Source of the DNA: Octopus sinensis
Taxonomy: Eukaryota
DNA length: 10,272 bases
NCBI RefSeq assembly: GCF_006345805.1
Contig: NW_021827867.1
Coordinates: 1-10,272 of the forward strand
Direction of reading: 5' to 3'
Program-made: the position numbers and the translations under genes
Notes under the pieces: generated by a model
The model's input: only the letters and a program-made list of their open reading frames with translations
Database searches by the model: none
Told to the model about the DNA's origin: nothing
Shown: piece by piece, positions 1-7,705 of the stretch
Layout: every line of letters starts with the position of its first letter
Numbering within the stretch: position 1 is the first letter of the stretch

Positions 1-66
1 AATTTATTATATAGAAGGAGCTTCTAGAGGACTAGAACTGTTTCATTCAAGACAAATCTTCAGGAA

Positions 67-147
67 GATATATATATATGTACATGTATGTGCGTGTCTG
101 TGTGTGTGTTATGAGTGTCTGTGTGTACGTGCGTGTGTTTGTGTGTC
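67..147. repeat. (TA)n/(TG)n mosaic microsatellite
   Basis: ATATATATATATGTACATGTATGTGCGTGTCTGTGTGTGTG... read directly; probably includes the internal TG tract of the adjacent SINE. Confidence 0.85.
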
Positions 148-335
148 TTATTTGTCCCCAACATCGCTTGACAACCGCTGCTGGTGTGTTTATGTCCCCG
201 TAAACTAGCGTTTCAGCAAAAGAAACTAATAAAATAAGTACAAGGCTTACTGGGGTCGATTTGCTCGACTAACGACAGTGCTCCAGCATGGCCACAGTCA
301 CATGACTGAAACAAATGAAAGAATAAAAGAATAAA
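131..335 (+). mobile_element. SINE fragment (internal TG tract plus 3' body and tail), resembling the Octopus tRNA-derived SINE
   Basis: Its reverse complement aligns with 7157-7281 (30/36 identity for 279-314 vs 7157-7192, with further colinear blocks). It has an A-rich repetitive tail AAAGAATAAAAGAATA (about 318-333). The motifs ATCGCTTGACAACC, GGGGTCGATTTGCTCGACTAA and GTGCTCCAGCATGGCC match my recollection of the abundant octopus SINE; family assignment is not verified by search. Confidence 0.8.
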
Positions 336-347
336 TGTAATTATGAA

Positions 348-514
348 CACTCACACACGCGAACACACGTATATACACACATACACACACACACATTTTG
401 CTGCTCTATGTGTTTATTTATTGAGTTATTCATCCTATATATATGTGTTTTGTGTGTATGTATATAAATATTTTATGCACATATGTATGTGTGTATACGC
501 GTGTGTGTATATAC
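348..514. repeat. (CA)n tract (about 348-396) and (TA)/(TG) mosaic (about 438-514)
   Basis: Read directly. Confidence 0.85.
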
Positions 515-676
515 AATAGAAATCTCCATTAACTACTCCCCACCCCAATCATTCCACCTGTTTAATTAATTTCATTCCTTCTCTTCTCTTTTTCTGTGAG
601 TTTTTCTTTTAATTCTTCACCACCCGACTCCCCTTTCAGACACCATTTTTAATGTTTTTATTCTTTTCTTTTTCAG

Positions 677-831
677 GTTAATCCTCGAGATGAAGATGGT
701 CGAACACCGCTGCACTTGGCCTGTTGGAGGGGACACTTGCACAATGTCAATCTTTTGTTGGGTCACAATGGCATTGATGCCAATGTGGTTAACAACGATG
801 GAGACACACCACTGCATGAGGCAGTTCGGAG
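677..831 (+). CDS. Internal coding exon (155 nt, phase 0 to phase 2) of an ankyrin-repeat protein gene
   Basis: Long polypyrimidine tract ends in TTTTTCAG (AG 675-676), with a YTRAY-type branch candidate TTAAT at 649-653. The donor is AG|GTAAGT at 832. The frame starting at 677 reads VNPRDEDGRTPLHLACWRGHLHNVNLLLGHNGIDANVVNNDGDTPLHEAVR, containing two G-x-TPLH ankyrin motifs spaced 34 aa apart with the LAC..GH...V.LLL helix pattern. Confidence 0.95.
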
Positions 832-1109
832 GTAAGTCCCCATTGGATCTGGAATATCCAAATCTGTTTCTTTTATGTTTTCAATAATGTTTGTTTCTTT
901 TTCATTCAGTCACTCATGTCATAATCCCACCATGGGGTCATTGTCTTCCTTCTCTCTTTCGCACTGTAATCTACTTCATTAATTAATCATCACCATAATT
1001 GTTATTGTTGTTGCCTGACTGGACACTTTACATCATCTCGTTCTCCATTACCTCAACGTCACAGGTTCAAATCCTCTCTCTTCTTCTTTTCATCACATCT
1101 AGAACTACT

Positions 1110-1110
1110 T

Positions 1111-1141
<31 letters not shown>

Positions 1142-1160
1142 TTCTTCCTCACTCTCTCTC
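1110..1160. repeat. (CT)n microsatellite
   Basis: TCTCTCTCTC run 1111-1140 with a degenerate extension. Confidence 0.9.
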
Positions 1161-1356
1161 CTTTGTAGTTTCCCTATTTACTCCGACCCTGGGCTAAATA
1201 GAGAATAATTCCCTTACAGTATTTACATTTGTCTCTTTTATGTTCCATGTTCAAATCCTACCAGAATATTTACTATCACTCTGGGGTCAATATAATCTGT
1301 ACCAGTAATACCAGGGGTTCCTTAATAAACTGTCTTCCTTCTTTCTCTTGTTCTTG

Positions 1357-1417
1357 TTTCTTATTACTTTCAGAGGAAATAAATTGTGTTATTTTATTTA
1401 CGACTCTTTACGTTCAG
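1357..1417 (+). repeat. Left copy of a 61-bp direct repeat bracketing the GAT array
   Basis: TTTCTTATTACTTTCAGAGGAAATAAATTGTGTTATTTTATTTACGACTCTTTACGTTCAG; 57/61 identical to 6378-6438 with no gaps. Confidence 0.95.
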
Positions 1418-1467
1418 TGGTGTGTGTGTGCCTAAGTATAGAACTTAAATACTGGAAAACTCACTAA

Positions 1468-1602
1468 GATGATGATGATGAGATGATGATGGTGATAAGG
1501 AGGTAATGATGAAATATGATGAATGATGATGATGATCGATGATTATGATGATAATGATGATGAGGATGAAGTTGATGATAATGATAATGATGATGATGAT
1601 GA

Positions 1603-1634
<32 letters not shown>

Positions 1635-1914
1635 ATGATGATGTGATGATGATGGTGATGATGATAGGAGAGGATGAGGATGATGATGATGAGATGATGA
1701 TGGTGATGATGATGATAGGAGGATGATGGATGATGATGTGATGATGAGGAGTATGACAATGATGATAATGATGATGATGAGGATGATGATGATGATAATG
1801 ATGATGATGATGATGATTATGATGATGAGGATGATGATGATGATGATTATGATGTTATTATTATGATGATGATGATGATGATGATGAGGATGATGATGAT
1901 GATGATAAGGATGT

Positions 1915-1959
<45 letters not shown>

Positions 1960-2300
1960 GGATGTTAATGATGATGATGATGATGAGGATGTTGATGATG
2001 ATGATGATGAGGATGATGATGAGGATTATGATGATGATGAGGATGATGATTATGACGATGATGATGAGGATGATGAGGATGATGATGATGAGGATGATAT
2101 TGATGTTGAGGATGATGATGAGGAGGAGGAAGATGATGATGATAATGATGATGATAATGATGATGATGGTGATGATGATGATGAGGATGAGGATGAGGAT
2201 TAGGAAGAGGGTGATGATGATTATGATGATGATGATGATGATGATGATAATGATGATTATGATGATGACGATGATGATGATGATGATGAGGAGGAGGATG

Positions 2301-2332
<32 letters not shown>

Positions 2333-2508
2333 AATGATGATGAGGATGATGATGATGATAATGATGTTGAGGATGATGATGATGATGATGAGGAAGATGA
2401 TGATGATGTTGAGGAAGATGATGATGATGATGATGATGATGAGGATGATGATTAAGAGGAGGAGGATGATGATTATGATGATGATGATGTGATGATGATG
2501 ATGATGAT

Positions 2509-2546
<38 letters not shown>

Positions 2547-2569
2547 ATGAGATGATGATGATGATGAGG

Positions 2570-2603
<34 letters not shown>

Positions 2604-3182
2604 GGATGATAATGATGAGGATGATGATGATATGAGGATGATAATGATGGGATGATAATGATGATGATATGATGAGGATGATGATGATGATGAGATGATA
2701 TGATGGATGATGAGGATGATGAGTATGAGGATATAATGATGATGATGATGAGGGATGATGATGTGGATGATAATAATGATGATGATGATGATGAGGAGGA
2801 GGAGGAAATGATGATGATGATGATGATGATATGATGATGATAATGATGATGATGACGAATGATGGTGATGATGATATGATGAGGATGCTACGATGATGTG
2901 ATGATGGGGTGATTATGAGTATGATACGATTGATGTTGATGAGAATGATGATGATAATGATGATGATGATGATGGATGATGATGACGATGATGATGACAT
3001 GATGATGATGATGATGATGATGATAATGATGATAGATGATGAGGATGGAGGATGATTATGATGATAATGATGATGATGATGAGGATCATGATAGGATGAG
3101 GGATATGATGATGTGATGATTAATGATGATGAGATGATGATGATGAGGATGATAATGATGATGAATAATGATGATGATGATG

Positions 3183-3216
<34 letters not shown>

Positions 3217-3514
3217 GGATAATGATGATGATGGTGATGATGATGTGGGAGATGGGATGATGATGATGATGAGGATGATTAATGATGATGATGATAATTG
3301 ATGATGCGATGATGATGATGGTGATGATGATGATGATGATGAGGATGATGTGATGATGTGATTATGATGATATATGATGATGATGATGAGGATGATGATG
3401 ATGATGATGAATGATGATGAAATGATGATAATGATGAGGATGATGGTGATGATGATGATGGATGAGGATGATAATGATGATGATGATTATGATGATGATA
3501 ATGGTGATATGATG

Positions 3515-3545
<31 letters not shown>

Positions 3546-3685
3546 GATGATGATATGATGATAGGATGATGATGATGAGATGATGATGATGATGATGATG
3601 AGGATAATATGATGATGATAGCAGGAGGATGATGATGATGATGTGATGAGGATATAATGATGATGATGAATGAGGATATGATGAT

Positions 3686-3728
<43 letters not shown>

Positions 3729-4336
3729 GATAATAATGATGATGATGATGAGGATGATGATGATGATGATGATGATGATAATGATGAGGATGTTGACAAG
3801 GATGAGGATGATGATGTGGATGAGGATAATGATGATGATGAGGAGGAGGATAATAATGATGATGATGAGCAGGAGGATGATGATGACGATGAAGATGATG
3901 ATAATGATGATGATGAGGAGGGGGAGGAGGATGATAATGATGATGATGATGATGATGATGATAATGATGATGATAAAGCTGCAGCTGATGATGATGAGGA
4001 GGGTTATGACGATGGAAGATGATGATGAGGATGATAACGATGATGATGATGATGAGGATGATGATGATGATGAGAATGATAATGATGATAATGGTGATGA
4101 TGCTGATGATGATGATAATAATGATGATGATGATGATGATGAAAACGATGATGATGATGATGATGATGATAATGGTCATGATGATGATGAGGATGATGAT
4201 GATGAGAGGAGTGATAACGATGATATGATAGGTCATGATGATGATGATGATGATGATAACGATGATGATGATGGTGATGATGATGATGAGGATGATGATG
4301 ATGATCAGATGATAATGATGATAATGATGATGATGC

Positions 4337-4370
<34 letters not shown>

Positions 4371-4539
4371 AAGGATGATAATGATGATGAGGATGATGAT
4401 GATGAGGATGATAATGATGTTGAGGATGATGATGAGGAGGAGGAAGATGTTGATGATGATGATGATGATGATGAGGATGATGATTAGGAGGAGGACGATG
4501 ATGATTATGATGATGCTGATGATGATGATGATGATGATA

Positions 4540-4571
<32 letters not shown>

Positions 4572-4956
4572 GATGAGGATGATGATGATGGTGATGAGGA
4601 TGATGAGGATGATAATGATGATTAGGATGATGATGAGGAGGAGGATGAGGAGGATAATGATGATGATGATGAGGATGATGATGACGATGCTGATGATGAT
4701 GATGATGAGGAGGATGATGATGATGAGGATAATAATGATGATGATGAGCAGGAGGATGATGTGGATGATAATAATGATGATGATGATGAGGAGGAGGAGG
4801 AGGATGATGATGATGATGAGGAGGAGGAGGATGATGATGATGATGATGATGATAATGATGATAATGATGATAATGATGACGACGATGATGATGATGATAA
4901 TGATGATGATGATAATGATGATGAGTATGATAATGATGATGATGATGGTGATGATA

Positions 4957-4990
<34 letters not shown>

Positions 4991-5651
4991 GTATGATTAC
5001 GATGATGATGATGATGATGATGATGATGATAATGATGATGACGATGATGATGATGATGATGATGATGAAGATGATGATAATGATGATGATGATGAGGAGG
5101 AGGATGATGATAATAATGATGATAATGACGATAATGTTGATGATGATGAGGATCATGATAAGGATGAGGATGATGATGATGATGATAATGATGATGAGGA
5201 TGAGGATGATGAGGAGGATGATGATGATGATGAGGATGATAATGATGATGATGATTATGATGATGATAATGATGATGATGATGAGGATGATGATAAGGAT
5301 GAGGATGATGATGATGATGATGATGCTGATGATGATGATGATAATGATGATGATGATGACGATGCTGATGATGATGAGGATGAGGATCAAGATGATGATG
5401 ATGATGATCTGGATGATGATGATGAGGATAATAATGATGATGATGAGCAGGAGGATGATGATGATGATGTGGATGATGATAATGATGATGATGAGGAGGA
5501 GGAGGATGATGATGATGATGATGATGATAATGATCATAATGATGATGATGACGACGATGATAATGTTGATGAGTATGATGTTATTATTATGATGATGGTG
5601 ATGATGATGAGGATGATGAAGATGATGATAATGATGATGAGGAGGAGGGGG

Positions 5652-5697
<46 letters not shown>

Positions 5698-5891
5698 CGA
5701 TGATGATGATGATGATGATGATAATGATGATGATAAAGCTGCAGCTGATGATGATGATGAGGATTATGAGGATGGAAGATGATCATGAGGATGACGAGGA
5801 TGATGATGATGAGGAGGATGATGATGATGATGAGAATGATAATGGTGATGATGCTGATGATGATGATAATGATGATGATGATGATGATAAC

Positions 5892-5927
<36 letters not shown>

Positions 5928-6198
5928 AATGGTCATGATGATGATGAGGATGATGATGATGATGATAACGATGATGATGATGATGATGATGATAATGGTC
6001 ATGATGATGATGAGGATGATGATGATGATGATAACGATGATGATGATGATGATGATGATGATGATAATGATCATGATGATGATGAGGATGATGATGATGA
6101 TGATGATGATAACGATGATGATGATGAGGAGGAGGAGGAGGAGGATGATGAGGATGATCAGAATGATAATGATGATGATGATGCTGATGATGATGATA

Positions 6199-6232
<34 letters not shown>

Positions 6233-6327
6233 GGATGATGAGGATGTTGATGATGATGATGATGATGATGATAAGAGGATGAAGATGATGATGAGAATGA
6301 TAATGATGATAATGATGATGATGATGC

Positions 6328-6370
<43 letters not shown>
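1468..6370. repeat. Giant degenerate trinucleotide array (GAT/ATG/ATC)n, about 4.9 kb, with GAG/AAT/GAC/TAT/GTT variant units
   Basis: Read directly: continuous GAT-based repeat from 1468 to 6370, almost no C on the + strand. It generates all the poly-M/D/I/H/S ORFs in the ORF track. Confidence 0.99.
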
Positions 6371-6371
<1 letters not shown>

Positions 6372-6377
6372 ATCTTC

Positions 6378-6438
6378 TTTCTTATTACTTTTGAAGAAAA
6401 TAAATTGTGTTATTTTATTTACGACTCTTTACGTTCAG
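6378..6438 (+). repeat. Right copy of a 61-bp direct repeat bracketing the GAT array
   Basis: TTTCTTATTACTTTTGAAGAAAATAAATTGTGTTATTTTATTTACGACTCTTTACGTTCAG; all 4 mismatches vs 1357-1417 cluster in a 6-nt stretch. Confidence 0.95.
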
Positions 6439-6818
6439 AGTTCAAATCAACTTCTCCTTCCATCTTTGCAATGTTGATAACATACAATACCAGTGATGTA
6501 CTGGGGTTCATATGATTACCTGTAGCCCTTCTTTCCTTCCTAAATTTCATGTTTATATAAGCTGTGAGAATCCTTACCAGTATTTTTCCTGTCTTTACAT
6601 TTCTGGGTTTACTCAGGTGTGTATATATCATTGTTCTACTGTGTAGAGTGTGTATTGAATAAATATATATGTGTGTGTGAGTATGTGTGTAATAATTGCT
6701 GTAATTAAGTTATTGTGACTTAATTACATTTGTTTTCTTTAATGACCTAATAACTATTATCTCAAGCTGTGTGATGTTTGTTTTTTCATGTCTTTCTTTC
6801 CTCATCCATTACTTTCAG

Positions 6819-6855
6819 GCAAAGATATGATATAGTGTCAAAGATGCTGATCCAG
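6819..6855 (+). CDS. 37-nt coding micro-exon (phase 2 to phase 0) completing the second ankyrin repeat
   Basis: Acceptor TCTTTCTTTCCTCATCCATTACTTTCAG (AG 6817-6818) and donor CAG|GTTAGT at 6856. The phase matches exon 677-831: AG+G=Arg, then QRYDIVSKMLIQ. The join gives TPLHEAVRRQRYDIVSKMLIQ, which fits ankyrin helix 2 (x-x-IV-x-x-LL type). Confidence 0.85.
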
Positions 6856-7127
6856 GTTAGTTAATAAATATATATTATATACACTCTCCAGTATTATATT
6901 GATCTGTATAATATAAATATTACCAATGTACCAGTAAAATAATGGAGATGGATTTAATCACATGTACTACAAAACCCTTTTGTTTGTGGAGGAATTGTAT
7001 ATTGATCATGTTGATTTTGATATTAGCGGTGTTGACGGTCCAACTGACCACCACCACTGATAATAATATCTTTAATGGTCAAATGAAACAAGGTCATTAG
7101 GAGATGAACCAAAATATAACAGACATC

Positions 7128-7150
7128 ATATATATATATATATATATATA
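7128..7150. repeat. (TA)n microsatellite
   Basis: Perfect TA run next to the 3' end of the minus-strand SINE. Confidence 0.95.
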
Positions 7151-7156
7151 AATTAA

Positions 7157-7488
7157 TTGTTTTAGACATTTGCCTGCGGCCATGCTGGGGCATCATCGAA
7201 TTTTTAGCCAAATGTATCGATACCAGTAATTATTTATTTTAAGCATATCACTTATCCTCTCAGTCTCTTTGCTGAACCACTGCACACACACACACACACA
7301 CACATACACACACACACACACTCACACACACATACACACACACACTCACACACACATACATTGGCACACACATAGATTTTGTTCAGCCTAAGGCAAGAGT
7401 AGAATATACTTGCCTGAGTTTCCATGCAGAGGGATTCAACGTAGAACCGTGTATGGTTGGGAAAAAAGCTCCTTACACTACAACCATG
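7157..7488 (-). mobile_element. Diverged near-full-length SINE on the minus strand (tRNA-like head 7488-7381, internal (TG)n 7371-7283, 3' body 7281-7157)
   Basis: The body 7157-7281 is homologous to the reverse complement of about 205-314. The minus-strand head reads CATGGTTGTAGTGTAAGG...GGTTCTACGTTGAATCCC, with degenerate Pol III A-box-like and B-box-like (GTTGAATCC) motifs at tRNA-like spacing. Confidence 0.72.
7283..7371. repeat. (CA)n microsatellite (internal to the minus-strand SINE)
   Basis: Interrupted CA run read directly. Confidence 0.95.
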
Positions 7489-7506
7489 TATATATGGATG
7501 TTTGTG

Positions 7507-7520
7507 TCTATCTATTTCTT

Positions 7521-7563
<43 letters not shown>

Positions 7564-7667
7564 GTCCGTCTGTCTGTCTGTCTGTCTGTCTGTCTCACTC
7601 TCTCTCTTTATCTCTCTCTCTGTCTATCTATCTATCTATCTATTTATCTATCAATCTAACTATGTAT

Positions 7668-7704
<37 letters not shown>
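7507..7704. repeat. Compound microsatellite (TCTA)n-(TCTG)n-(TC)n-(TCTA)n-(TACA)n-(TA)n
   Basis: Read directly; it ends exactly where the 490-bp array begins. Confidence 0.95.

Positions 7705-7705
<1 letters not shown>

Larger units (their letters stand above)
832..6818 (+). other. GT-AG intron (5987 nt) of the ankyrin-repeat gene, about 82% occupied by the (GAT)n array
   Basis: GTAAGT at 832 and TTTCAG ending at 6818; the flanking exons are phase-compatible and give a continuous ankyrin consensus. Confidence 0.8.

Noticed and set aside
1-66. Possible fragment of another dispersed repeat (GAAGGAGCTTCTAGAGGACTAGAACTGTTTC...)
   Set aside because: It is truncated by the window edge and has no second copy here, so it cannot be supported without a database search.
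348-514. (CA)n versus (TG)n tracts forming a possible hairpin upstream of the exon
   Set aside because: Complementarity between common dinucleotide repeats is trivial at this microsatellite density.
631-639. Upstream alternative acceptor CCCTTTCAG
   Set aside because: It would add 37 nt and shift the frame; the AG at 675-676 has the stronger pyrimidine tract and gives the ankyrin frame.
690-887. ORF-track 65-aa + ORF (MKMVEHRC...)
   Set aside because: It overlaps the real exon in a different frame. The frame from 677 gives clear ankyrin motifs and is bounded by canonical splice sites.
1210-1320. Weak similarity to about 6485-6610 (CCTTAC(C)AGTATTT, TACCAGT, CTGGGGT motifs)
   Set aside because: Only short scattered matches in AT-rich DNA, not clearly colinear. 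A dot plot would be needed to claim an older duplication.
1445-6515. All long poly-M, poly-D, poly-I, poly-H/S ORFs as protein-coding genes
   Set aside because: They are automatic consequences of stop-free frames of (GAT)n/(ATC)n, several overlap on both strands, and they lie inside an intron defined by phase-matched ankyrin exons.
7381-7488. tRNA gene on the minus strand
   Set aside because: Only degenerate A/B-box-like motifs are present, with no supportable cloverleaf; it is contiguous with SINE body sequence, so it is treated as a SINE head.
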